Positions 19,216 through 29,081 of a stretch of 64,000 nt of DNA are shown here, piece after piece. Under the pieces are notes generated by a model that saw only the letters and a program-made list of their open reading frames with translations, had not been told where the DNA came from and did no database searches. Source of the stretch: Pelagomonas calceolata (taxonomy: Eukaryota); assembly GCA_918797485.1 (NCBI GenBank), contig CAKKNE010000004.1, forward strand, positions 3,658,001-3,722,000, given 5' to 3'. Each line of letters opens with the position of its first letter. The stretch's first letter is position 1. Position numbers and translations under genes: made by a program.

Positions 19216-20802
19216 CTAGTGCGACGGCGGGTCGTCGTCGCGGAAGAGCGGGTCGTCGTCGACGGATTCCGATTTCTTGAGCCGCGTTTCTTTTTGACCG
19301 TCGGGATTGGGACACTTCCGCAGCAGCTCGAAGCGCTTCTCGTCGCACCCATAAACCTTGGGCTCGAGCTTGATGACCGTGTTTAAAGGAATGGACACGT
19401 ACGGCGCCTCCTCGCGCGGCATGTCCATGAGGTACGCGTACAATAGCCGCAAAATACCTTGATGGGCCACGATCAACAACGGTTCCCTATGCCTATCCAT
19501 CTCGAAGACCATCTGATCGAGCCGATGGATCATGTCTAGGTAACTCTCGCCCCTTGGATACCTGTACGCCAGCTTGTCGTTCTGCCTTCTCCTGAATTCG
19601 TCGGGGTAGTGTTTTTCTATTTCTTCGTAGGTCATCCCGTCGCACACCCCCGCAAATAATTCATCGAGATTCGACCAGGCGACCGGTCGGAGCTGCACCC
19701 ACTCCTGCGCATGATCGACGTCGTCCTGGTCATAATCAATGGTGATGGAGTGGTGCGAGATGTATCTAGCTGTTTCTCGCGTCCTTCTGAGTGTGGAGGT
19801 CCAGAGCCGCGCGGGCCGCTCGCCCTTTTCTCCTTTCGTGACCTCATCTCTACAAAACCTTGCTAGAGCCTTCGCGTAGGCGTCGCCGAGCGGCGATAGG
19901 CCGGAGTCGCCGCCGATCTTCCCCAAGACATTATACTCGCTCTGCCCGTGTCTTGACAGATAAAAGGCGTGCGGCTCCATGTGTAGGTGGCTCAAAAACT
20001 GGATCAACCGAGAAGGAAGAAACCCTCGGACGTTGTTGATCACGAACCGCCGACAATCGACGATCTTGATCCAGGACCGGTTCTTCTCGACGCCGTTCGT
20101 AGAAGGCGCGTCGATGGTCTCGTACGTCGACTCGTAGGCCGCGACCCTCGCCCGGAAGTCGCGCGTCGCCTCGTCCACGGGAATACCGACATAATCCGGC
20201 GTGCCCAGCTTACAATGCCTTATATTCCTCTCGACGGTCTCGGGGTCCGTGCAGACGCTCTCGATCATGATGATTTTGACTTCTAAGGATTTGAGGGTCT
20301 GGATGGCGTACTGGCGCTTCGCGAGCGTCGAGTGCGTGCCATCTAAAATAGCTACGCGTCCATCATTTGCCTCCGCGACCCACTCCTTGAGGTCTTTTAA
20401 AGCAGCATCCGTCGCCGCCTTGCGCTGCTTCAAGCCCACGGGATTCGCGGGGTCGAACCAGGCCGCGTCGTGGTGCGGCCCGTGGAGCTCCCTTCTATAA
20501 TTCCCGATGTTGAATACTCTTACAGAAGCTGCATGAAAAAATTCCAGGTATCGACAGATCTTCCTTGCAATAAATGTCTTTCCTCTCGCGGGCAGTCCGA
20601 CTAAAATGAGCACAAGTTTGTCCGAGGGCGTCCTATATTTATTCGTATTGGGCGCCACGTCCAACAGCACGGGGTTATCGCGCGGCGACGACGCGCCCGG
20701 CGGCAGCTGGGGCACGGGATTATCTACGATGGTCTTGCGTTGTTGTACAGGAGAACTGTCCTTGATGCTAGATTGCGAGAGCTGCCTGCTGAGGGCGGAC
20801 AT
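19216..20802 (-). CDS. PFKFB: Bifunctional 6-phosphofructo-2-kinase/fructose-2,6-bisphosphatase
   Basis: P-loop LVGLPARGKT, histidine phosphatase motif LSRHGQS, YRYPRGESY and AHQG. Confidence 0.95.
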   Translation of the reverse strand: MSALSRQLSQSSIKDSSPVQQRKTIVDNPVPQLPPGASSPRDNPVLLDVAPNTNKYRTPSDKLVLILVGLPARGKTFIARKICRYLEFFHAASVRVFNIGNYRRELHGPHHDAAWFDPANPVGLKQRKAATDAALKDLKEWVAEANDGRVAILDGTHSTLAKRQYAIQTLKSLEVKIIMIESVCTDPETVERNIRHCKLGTPDYVGIPVDEATRDFRARVAAYESTYETIDAPSTNGVEKNRSWIKIVDCRRFVINNVRGFLPSRLIQFLSHLHMEPHAFYLSRHGQSEYNVLGKIGGDSGLSPLGDAYAKALARFCRDEVTKGEKGERPARLWTSTLRRTRETARYISHHSITIDYDQDDVDHAQEWVQLRPVAWSNLDELFAGVCDGMTYEEIEKHYPDEFRRRQNDKLAYRYPRGESYLDMIHRLDQMVFEMDRHREPLLIVAHQGILRLLYAYLMDMPREEAPYVSIPLNTVIKLEPKVYGCDEKRFELLRKCPNPDGQKETRLKKSESVDDDPLFRDDDPPSH

Positions 20803-21201
20803 GGCTTTTGCTTTGCTGAGCCGCGGCTGCTGCAATTTTCGAACGGTGCTCGCACAGTGGCCGAACGCGCGATATGTACAGTACTTCTGCTGCCTCAGAA
20901 ACGGCCAAGCGACGCAAGATCCTCCTTGCTCGCCTTGGATGCCCTTGATTATAAATTCGAGCTAGCGGCCGGTAAGGCACTAGCAAACAAGGAACCCGTC
21001 GGGCACTCGTTGTCTGCCCGCCGAGGAGCTGCCAGGGCCCTCCGCAGACCCGTAGTTGCACAGCCCCGAACCATCACTTCTTGTTTAGAGTTTGGGGTCA
21101 CAGGTTGTTTAAAGCGGCTGCCCCGCTGCGATGCATGGTGCAAAGTAGTGCACGCGTGGGTCGTCGAACGAATTGCACTTGATCAGAGTGCAAAAACGAC
21201 C

Positions 21202-22248
21202 ATGGCAACGACCACAACCAACGACGACCCCCTGGTGGACCGCCTCGCGCGCGCGCTCGCGCGGACGGATGTCCGCGCGGACGGCCCGACCGTAGATAGA
21301 GTGCAGCGCGCGCTGCGCGACTGGCGGGACGAGGACTTTGAGAACATGAGACCAATGCGCCAGTCCAAAAAAACCGCGACGCCGTACGAGGTCTGGAGGG
21401 CGGCGCAGACCACCGCACAACCGAAAAAGACGAAGGTCCTCGACGCCCGGGCGCGCCGTCAATTGGTAGAACGCCTCGACGCCGCTAATAAACAACGCAC
21501 GGAGAACGCCGAGCGGCGACGGGCCGCGGCGCTCGGCGAGGAGCTGCGAAGCACGCCCTTCGCGCCGCAGCTCAACGCGCGAAGTTTAAAGTCGACGCGG
21601 CCGGGCGTCGCGGAGACGAGCGCGACGGCGTTGCAACGGCGCGAAGCAAAAGCGCAGAAGGTTAGAGAAAGACGGCACGAGATCGAAAGGCGCGAGTGCA
21701 CGTTTGCGCCGACCTTCGCGGCGGCCAAGACGTCCTCCAAAATATATAAAAGGGCGCGCGGCGCGGCGCCGCGCACGCCCGCGGACCGCGCGGCCTTCCA
21801 GGCCGCGGCGCGCGCGAAGACGGAGCGCATGCGGCAGCGGCAGGAAGAGGCCGAAATTGCCCAGACGCCCTTCGCGCCGCGACTCAACGGCGCATCCATG
21901 AAGATCGCCGCGTCGCTGCGCGCGTCGGGCGCCTGCGCCGTGGACCCGCGGTCGCGGACGACGACGACGTCGCCGCGGCGGACGCGGCGCGTCCACGTGG
22001 ACGAGGCCGCGACGTTCGCTCCCCAAATCTCCGAGCGCGCAAAACGGTACGCGCCCGCCGTGAAGGACGTCCATAACCGGCTCTACGCGAAGACGGAGGC
22101 GCGGTTCCCGCGGTCGCCGCGCGGGGCGGCCGCGCCCGAGCCGGCGCCCGTGGCGGTCCTCGCGTACGGCCGCGACGTCGACGAGATCCTCGGCCTCGTC
22201 GCGACGGCGTTCCGCTCGCGGCCGCCTCCCGGGGAGGCGTGGACGTGA
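21202..22248 (+). CDS. Basic coiled-coil protein with repeated (P/T)FAPx(L/I)N motifs, possibly microtubule-associated
   Basis: ATG at 21202; repeats TPFAPQLN, CTFAPTF, TPFAPRLN and ATFAPQIS. Confidence 0.65.
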   Translation: MATTTTNDDPLVDRLARALARTDVRADGPTVDRVQRALRDWRDEDFENMRPMRQSKKTATPYEVWRAAQTTAQPKKTKVLDARARRQLVERLDAANKQRTENAERRRAAALGEELRSTPFAPQLNARSLKSTRPGVAETSATALQRREAKAQKVRERRHEIERRECTFAPTFAAAKTSSKIYKRARGAAPRTPADRAAFQAAARAKTERMRQRQEEAEIAQTPFAPRLNGASMKIAASLRASGACAVDPRSRTTTTSPRRTRRVHVDEAATFAPQISERAKRYAPAVKDVHNRLYAKTEARFPRSPRGAAAPEPAPVAVLAYGRDVDEILGLVATAFRSRPPPGEAWT

Positions 22249-22582
22249 GTAATCTAATTTCTAGTATGTCGATGCACGCTAATTAATAACGAAGAGCGCA
22301 AGCCTCGCCGGCCCCTGTTTGCCCTGGTTGTGCAGGTTTGCGCACCAATTCACGTGCCGTAGTGCTTTTTGGAGGCGAGCTGCACGCAGCTGGCAGCTTT
22401 ACGCTCCCCCAAGTGCGTCGCCCGCTGGACTGCACCCAGGAGGGCTTAGTGCAGTTACGAGCAGCGCGGCGGAGCTCCCCGGCGCGTCGCCCTGAGAACA
22501 GCAACAGAGAGCGCATAGTGCAGCTACGCGCAGCGCGGGTCGCCGCAGCGCCGTTGAGCAGCGCAGGGCGCCGCAGCGAGCC

Positions 22583-23911
22583 ATGGGCGGCGATAAGAAA
22601 GAAAAGAAGAGCAAGAAGAAGGACAAGGCCGACGAGGGCGGCCTCGTCATCGCCCCGTCGTCCGTCACGCCGAAGCTCGACACGTCGGGCTGGCCGCTGC
22701 TGCTCAAGAACTACGACAAGTTGAATGTGCGGACGGCGCACTACACGCCCATCCCCGCGGGCTGCTCGCCGCTCAAGCGGCCGCTCGCCGAGTATTTGAG
22801 ATATGGCTGCATCAACCTGGACAAGCCCGCGAACCCGTCGTCGCACGAGGTCGTCGCCTGGATCAAGCGAATTTTGAGAGTCGAAAAAACGGGTCACAGC
22901 GGCACGCTGGACCCGAAGGTGACGGGGTGCCTCATCGTCTGTGTCGACCGGGCGACGCGCCTCGTGAAGAGCCAGCAGGGCGCGGGCAAGGAGTACGTCG
23001 CAGTGCTGCGGCTGCACGGCCCCTGCGCCGAGACGAAGGTGAAGCGCGCCGTCGAGACGCTCCAGGGCGCTTTGTTCCAGCGGCCGCCGTTGATTTCGGC
23101 CGTGAAGCGGCAATTGAGAATTAGGACCGTCTACGCTTCCACATTACTCGAGTACGACGCGGAACGCCACCTCGCGGTCTTCCACGTCAAGTGCGAGGCG
23201 GGGACGTACATCCGAACGCTCTGCGTCCACCTCGGGCTGCTCTGCGGCACGGGCGGCCACATGCAGGAGCTGAGGCGGGTGCGGTCCGGCGCGATGGACG
23301 AGAACCGGCACCTGTGCACGATGCACGATGTTTTAGATGCGCAGCATCATTTTGATGCGACGAAGGACGAGTCCTACCTGCGGCGCGTCGTGCTGCCGCT
23401 CGAAATCCTGCTGACGGGGTTCAAGCGGCTGGTCGTGAAGGACTCTGCCGTGAACGCGATCTGCTACGGCGCGAAGCTCATGCTGCCCGGCTTACTACGC
23501 TTCGCCGACGACATCGACGTGAACGAAGAGGTCGTGCTGATGACGACGAAGGGCGAGGCCATCGCCATCGGTATCGCGATGATGACGACGTCGGTCATGG
23601 CCGACTGCGACCACGGCGCCGTCGCGCGCGTCAAGCGCGTGATCATGGAGCGCGACACGTACCCGCGCAAGTGGGGCCTCGGGCCCATGGCGACGAAGAA
23701 AAAGGCACTCGTCGCGGAGGGCAAAGTCCACAAGAACGCGGCCTACCCGGCGCCCCTCGAGGCGTCCTACGACGCGAAAGATGCCACGCCCGCCGACGAC
23801 GAGGCCGCGCGCAAGGCCGAAAAGAAGGCGAAGAAGGCCAAGAAGAAGGCGCTCGAGGGCGGCGAGGAGAAGGAGAAGAAGAAAAAGAAGAAGAAGAAGA
23901 GCGATGACTAG
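22583..23911 (+). CDS. CBF5: H/ACA snoRNP pseudouridine synthase (dyskerin)
   Basis: [27 protein letters not shown], a PUA domain and a Lys-rich tail. Confidence 0.97.
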   Translation: MGGDKKEKKSKKKDKADEGGLVIAPSSVTPKLDTSGWPLLLKNYDKLNVRTAHYTPIPAGCSPLKRPLAEYLRYGCINLDKPANPSSHEVVAWIKRILRVEKTGHSGTLDPKVTGCLIVCVDRATRLVKSQQGAGKEYVAVLRLHGPCAETKVKRAVETLQGALFQRPPLISAVKRQLRIRTVYASTLLEYDAERHLAVFHVKCEAGTYIRTLCVHLGLLCGTGGHMQELRRVRSGAMDENRHLCTMHDVLDAQHHFDATKDESYLRRVVLPLEILLTGFKRLVVKDSAVNAICYGAKLMLPGLLRFADDIDVNEEVVLMTTKGEAIAIGIAMMTTSVMADCDHGAVARVKRVIMERDTYPRKWGLGPMATKKKALVAEGKVHKNAAYPAPLEASYDAKDATPADDEAARKAEKKAKKAKKKALEGGEEKEKKKKKKKKSDD

Positions 23912-24308
23912 CTTCGCGCTCTGTTTGGGTAAGGAGGCGGGTATCCTATTTCTCTGGTACGGTGCTGGGACTCGTGGCCCACCGGGTCCTGCGTCCGTAG
24001 ATTGCGTCCGTCGCGCGCGTTGCGCCGCTCCGTCACGTAGTTGGAGTCATGGGCGCCCAGGTCGATGCCAGGCCATTGTAATGCTCCGCGTCTAGACCCG
24101 TATCGACCTGAGGACTGGAGTAGGACCGGAGGACTATGTCCCGTGCCGGGGACCCGAAAAAAAAAAAGAGGGGGCTCAAAAACTCGAACCGGTAGCGCGA
24201 CCAAAAGAGGCAGCATATCCGCCACCGTAACGCTGCCCCAGCACGGCCACACGCGGACGAGGCCATCGAACGGTCAGCCGCACGCCAGGGGCTGCCCCAC
24301 ACGCAACA

Positions 24309-25928
24309 ATGGCCGCGGCAGCCGCCGAAGCGGACGCCAAAATAATGGCCGAGAAGTTACCAGAAGGAAACATGAAGGTGCTGGTCGACGTCGGCGGCGC
24401 GGGCTTAAGTAGGAGACGCATGGAGATCCCCGTCGGCCCGGGCACGCAATCGTTAAAATGGCTTGGTTTGGTCGCGGCTCAGCGCCACGCTTTGCTCGCG
24501 AAGCACACGAAGACGGGGCGACGATCAAAGCAAGGGGCGCAGCCCGACGAGGGCCAGGGCTTCTTCCTGCCCGAGGACATGATAGGGCCCGGTGGTCGTT
24601 TAGCGCCGACGTCTATCATTCGGGACGTGATTCGGGAGGGCGACGTCATCCAGGTCGACCTCCAAACATCAGTAGAGCTCGACGAGATCAACGCGCCGGT
24701 CCAGACGCCCTGGCAGGTCGCGGCCTTTGAGTGCGGCGCCGCGGGCGCGCAGCGGCGGCGCGGCATTGAAAGTAGAGAGGCCATCGCGGCGCACGAGGCG
24801 TCGATCAAGGCCGAGGTCGACGCGCGGATCGAGGGCGACGAGAGGTACCGAAGGGCCTACGCGGCGTCGGCGTTAGCGTTGAGACGGCACGTGCCGCCGC
24901 CCGGGACGGATTATCATGTCGTCGTGGCGGGGCGGCTCGTGGACCAGGCGGACTTGGACGCGGCGCTCGACCTCGACTGGCCGGTTTTAGAAAGAGCTCT
25001 CTCGGACTTGAAATGCCCCGTGTCGGGGACGGCCTCGGAGGCGTTCCGCGACGATCTGCAGGAGGTTTATGGGGATCTGAACGCCGTCTTCTGCCTCTAC
25101 GCGGGCCTGGGCCGCGTCGGCGCGCCGCACGGCGCGACGCCGCGGGACCTCGCGCACGTCGCGCACGCGTGCCGCCTCGCGCTCGTGCGCTACGGCGCCG
25201 AGGACCGGCGCGCGGACCGGGACCGCGTCCACCAGACCTTCGAGGGCGCGCGGCGCGGGCGCTTCGCCGAAGCGAAGGAATGTGATGAGGAGGATGACGC
25301 GGCGACGGTCACGACGCCGGCGGCGCTGCTGTCGCGGGCCGAGTTCGTCGCGGCGCTGATCGCGCTGGCGCGGTCCGCGGACCCCGGGGCGCCGACGCTG
25401 CTGGACGAAGCGCAAGGCGACGACGACGTCCACGGCGAGGGGCCCAAGAAAACGACGCGGCCGGCGCCGTCCTCGACCATCGACGCGCTCGAGGTCCTGG
25501 CGACGCGCCACGTCGCGCCGCTGCTCGCGCGGCGGCGCGAATCGGTAGTAGCGTGCTTCGACGGCGCGGCGATCCAGGACGCGGTCTTCGAGCGCCAGGC
25601 GCCGCTGCGCCGGGCCTTCGACCACTACGCCGACGGCGACGGGATGACCCTCGCCGGCTTCGGGTCCGTGGTCCGCGCGTCGAGCCTCGGCGAGCTCGTG
25701 CTCGCTGATGAGGAGGAGGGCGACCGGGCCCTCGACGACCGCTGCCGCGCGGCGTTCCGGGGCGCGCAGGGCGCGCCGGCAGGCGTCCTGGCGCTCGACG
25801 CGCTCGTCTTCGGCGAGTTCCTCGAGGCGTACTGCGCCGCGGCCGCGGACCTGCTCGGGGCCGAGTCGTGCGAGCGGGGCATGCTGCTCGGGCTGGACCT
25901 GCTCTGCGATTTGAGCATGAAGCTATAG
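24309..25928 (+). CDS. Hypothetical protein with a ubiquitin-like N-terminal region and degenerate EF-hand-like helices
   Basis: 539-aa ATG ORF; segments IPVGPGTQSLKWLGLVA, LSRAEFVAAL and LVFGEFLEA. Confidence 0.65.
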   Translation: MAAAAAEADAKIMAEKLPEGNMKVLVDVGGAGLSRRRMEIPVGPGTQSLKWLGLVAAQRHALLAKHTKTGRRSKQGAQPDEGQGFFLPEDMIGPGGRLAPTSIIRDVIREGDVIQVDLQTSVELDEINAPVQTPWQVAAFECGAAGAQRRRGIESREAIAAHEASIKAEVDARIEGDERYRRAYAASALALRRHVPPPGTDYHVVVAGRLVDQADLDAALDLDWPVLERALSDLKCPVSGTASEAFRDDLQEVYGDLNAVFCLYAGLGRVGAPHGATPRDLAHVAHACRLALVRYGAEDRRADRDRVHQTFEGARRGRFAEAKECDEEDDAATVTTPAALLSRAEFVAALIALARSADPGAPTLLDEAQGDDDVHGEGPKKTTRPAPSSTIDALEVLATRHVAPLLARRRESVVACFDGAAIQDAVFERQAPLRRAFDHYADGDGMTLAGFGSVVRASSLGELVLADEEEGDRALDDRCRAAFRGAQGAPAGVLALDALVFGEFLEAYCAAAADLLGAESCERGMLLGLDLLCDLSMKL

Positions 25929-25965
25929 CATCTGGTTAATTTTCGCCGGAATTAATACACTAACA

Positions 25966-26733
25966 TTACAGGAGCTCGCTTCGGAGGAGAGGCAGCCAGC
26001 GCGCCGCCTCGCGCCGCTTCCGCGAGTCGCGCGGATGATTCGCGACGTCCTCGACCCATTGTGTGTGGTGTTTGACGTATGAGCGGCGCGCGGCATCGGC
26101 GCTCGGGAGACCCACAAGCAACTCCGTATCGGACGGCGCGGCGGCCGCGTCGCGGTCGGCCCGGATCGTGACGAGCAAACGACGCCCGTTCGGCCGCTGG
26201 TTGGGTCCGTTGTCGTCTAACCAGCGTTCCTCGGCGACGCCGTAGCCGTTCTTCGCGAGCGTTTCGCGCAGGCTCCGCACGTTGCCGATCCAGCACTGAG
26301 CTGGTTGGAGCACAAAGCGCCGCGGCGGTGGCGCGGGGCCAGCACAAGCGCCTTCGACGACGGCCGAGGCGGTACGAGGTCCAACGCCGGCGACGATTGC
26401 GGTCTCGCACCATTCCAAGCGTTCGTCCGCCTGGACCGCCGCGACGCCGTCGCCGAGCACGTACGCCGCCGGTTCGAGGCCGCGCTCCGCGAAATGGCGC
26501 CGGCAACCGTCCAGTGGGGCCTCTGCAACGTCGACGGCCGCGACGGTGCGACCCCTGTCTGCGAGCTCTGCGGCCAGGTAGCCGTGATCGCAACCAACGT
26601 CCGCGACGAGGCCTCTCGGCAACGTGCCGTCCGCGAAGGGTCGCTCCGCGAGGTCGAGGCAGTGTGTGAGGCGCGCGCCAAGCAACGCGGCTGCTGGCGT
26701 CGCAATGAATAGTAGTATGTGCAGCAGCAGCAT
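25966..26733 (-). CDS. trmK: TrmK-like tRNA (adenine-22-N1) methyltransferase, organelle-targeted
   Basis: VADVGCDHGYL, LGDG, IVAGVG and FVLQP motifs, with an N-terminal signal peptide. Confidence 0.8.
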   Translation of the reverse strand: MLLLHILLFIATPAAALLGARLTHCLDLAERPFADGTLPRGLVADVGCDHGYLAAELADRGRTVAAVDVAEAPLDGCRRHFAERGLEPAAYVLGDGVAAVQADERLEWCETAIVAGVGPRTASAVVEGACAGPAPPPRRFVLQPAQCWIGNVRSLRETLAKNGYGVAEERWLDDNGPNQRPNGRRLLVTIRADRDAAAAPSDTELLVGLPSADAARRSYVKHHTQWVEDVANHPRDSRKRREAARWLPLLRSELL

Positions 26734-26983
26734 GGCAGTGGGAAGCTTAAACGTACGTAGCGCTCATCGTAGCGTCAGCACTCTCAGAATGCAGCAAAGC
26801 GTGTGATTTTTACTGCTCTCTCGCGACGTGTGCGTGCCCGTCGAGCAAGTTTGAGCTTTGCACTACTGAGGAGCGCTAGTGTCTTACTGGACGCTAGCTT
26901 CCGGGCCATCGATAAAATCGGGGCCAGGCGGTGTAGCCAGACGATACAAAGGAACGATTGACAGCAACCACAGCCCAGACGAA

Positions 26984-27442
26984 ATGGGCGGGCCTGGGCC
27001 TCGCACTTTAGCAGCGTCCGGACACACCCGACGCTCAACCACAGCCTCCTCCACCGATGCAGCGGCTGCGAACCGCGGTCGCATCGATGGGCGCGGTTTG
27101 CGGCGAGAAGTCGCAGCGACGGCGCAGACCTCAACCATCGCTCACACAGGCGCGGTCGGCTGCGCGAAGTGCTGCACCGTCTTCGCGACGTCGGGCGTGC
27201 TCTTCCTCTGCCTCATCGGCACGCTGCTGACGAAGCAGCCGCTCTACGTCCTCGGCGTCGACGACCCCGAGGCGGCCGCGAAGAGCGTCTTCGACGCGGC
27301 GTGGATGTACTTCGCTGTCCTCGCCGCGAGCTTCGGCGTGCTTTTCTGGGACCGCGCTGAGCAGCGCCGCCGGCCGGTCGGCCGGCGGCCCGGCATGCCG
27401 GAGTACGGCGCGATCTCGCACAAGGACGACGACGACCTATGA
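26984..27442 (+). CDS. RNase kappa / V-ATPase subunit f-like small two-TM protein; probable intron 26988-27149
   Basis: Spliced sequence MGAVGCAKCCTVFATSGVLFLCLIG...AAKSVFDAAWMY fits the CC-TM-loop-TM pattern. Confidence 0.65.
   Translation: MGGPGPRTLAASGHTRRSTTASSTDAAAANRGRIDGRGLRREVAATAQTSTIAHTGAVGCAKCCTVFATSGVLFLCLIGTLLTKQPLYVLGVDDPEAAAKSVFDAAWMYFAVLAASFGVLFWDRAEQRRRPVGRRPGMPEYGAISHKDDDDL
26988..27149 (+). other. Probable GC-AG intron (162 nt), decayed Introner
   Basis: GCGGGC|CTGGG...CTCACACAG|GCGCGG; internal GTCGCATCGATGGGCG resembles the family core. Confidence 0.55.
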
Positions 27443-27581
27443 GGCGCCTCTACCTCCCTGTATAACTAGACCGTGTGAAGTATTCGAGCAGCAGCTCGAG
27501 CAAGCTCGAGCAGCGCGTCCGTCGGGGCTTTTCCGTATTCTCAGGCTAGCACAAGTCACTTATTACACAGGTGCGGCCCAA

Positions 27582-28732
27582 TCAAAGCTCCTCCGAGTCC
27601 CCGGCCATCTCCGGCGGCGCGGGGCTCTGGGCCTCCGGGTGGTCCTTGAGCCACTGCGTGTACTGCTCATCCATCTTCGCATTGGCTCCGGCCTTGATGA
27701 GGGCCTCGATGATGTCCTTGTTGATGATGCCCATCTCGTCGCCCTTGATCGCCGCGACGCGGAGCGGCGTCGTGCCGTACGCGTCGAAGGCGTTCGGGTC
27801 GGCGCCGTGCGCGAGGAGCGCGGTCAGGCACGCAAGCCGGTCCGGCGACGTCGCCGCGTGGATCGGGCACAGCCCGGCGCTCGCGACGCAGTGGCCCGCG
27901 TCGGCGCCCTTCTCGAGCAGCGCCGCGGCGATGTCGCAGCGCTTCTGGCGCACCGCGACGAAGAGGGGCGACTTTTCGTCGGACTCGGCCTCCAAGTCCG
28001 CGCCGGCGTCCAGGAGCAGCCGGACCGTCGCGAGGCTCCCGGCCTGTGTGATAATCAAATTTTACGGCGCGTTCGTGCTGAATTATCGCGTCGTCCTCCA
28101 CGCCATCGACGCGACGCCTGCTCGATGGCGTGGCGATGTCGGTTCCTCACCGCTCGACGGAGCCAGCGCGGCCACGTCGTCGCCGAGAAATGACTTAGTG
28201 AAGACCCGACACACTGGTTGATTTCCACACAGCTCCCGGCCCGCACGGCCGCGTGCAGGGCCGTGAAGCCGTCCGGGGCCGGGCCGACCTGGTTCGGCGG
28301 CCGGTCGGGCGTGGGGTCGACGCCCGCGGCGTTCGGGTCCGCGCCCTGGCCGAGCAGGTACTCGACGACGGCGGCGTTGCCCCCCTGCGCGGCCACGTGC
28401 ATCGGAGTCCAGTTCGTCGTGTTTAATTTGACATCGACGGCGTCGCCGCGCGCCACCAGCTTCTCGCAGCAGTCCGCGCGCCCGCCGAAGGCCGCGGCGT
28501 GCAGCTCCGTGGCGTCGAGGTACTTGGCGCCCTCGTCCTCGCGCACGTCCTCTTCCAGCTCGCCGACCTCGTCGCCGCACGCCGCGAGGACATACGTCAG
28601 CGTGACGCCCTTGCCGCCGCCTTTCAGGCGCGTCTGGAAGGTTGTCTCCACGCTATCAATGCCGGCGCCTCTTTCCTTGATGCTCCAGGCCTGCGCTGCG
28701 GAGCACAGCGCCAGCAGAGCTGCACAGCGCAT
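27582..28732 (-). CDS. Secreted ankyrin-repeat protein; intron 28240-28044
   Basis: Signal peptide; ankyrin motifs TPMHVAA, TALHAAV, SPLFVAV and TPLRVAA. Splicing reconstitutes the repeat HAAVR|AGSLATVRLLLDAGAD. Confidence 0.9.
28044..28232. mobile_element. Introner element, 189 bp; GC-AG intron 28240-28044 (197 nt) in the - strand gene
   Basis: TIRs CTGTGTGATAATCAA / TTGATTTCCACACAG. Perfect TSD CTCCCGGC at 28036-28043 and 28233-28240. Reverse-complement relative of 4836-5037. Confidence 0.96.
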
Positions 28733-29081
28733 GACTGCAGGTATTTTGGCTCTGCGAGGTTACAGGAGTCAAAGGCGGCTCGCTGTGAGAGCCAGGAATC
28801 GATGCCGCAAGTGGAAACCCACCGCTTGGCTTCGCAAGCGCAGCCGTGGGCCAATAGCTAGCGGCGGCAAGGTACTAGCAAATAGAGGCTTTTGCGGCGA
28901 CGCTGTCTAGCTGCTAGACGTGCACTGTACGCATCGCTGCGCGCATCGCAAGACACCTACCGCACCGTACACCACTGCGCAAGCGCTAGTCAACGCAGCA
29001 ACCGTGCACAAGCACAAAATCGACCACTGTGCCAGCATCACTTGCACGCAAGCAAATTCGACCACTGCACAACACAAACAA

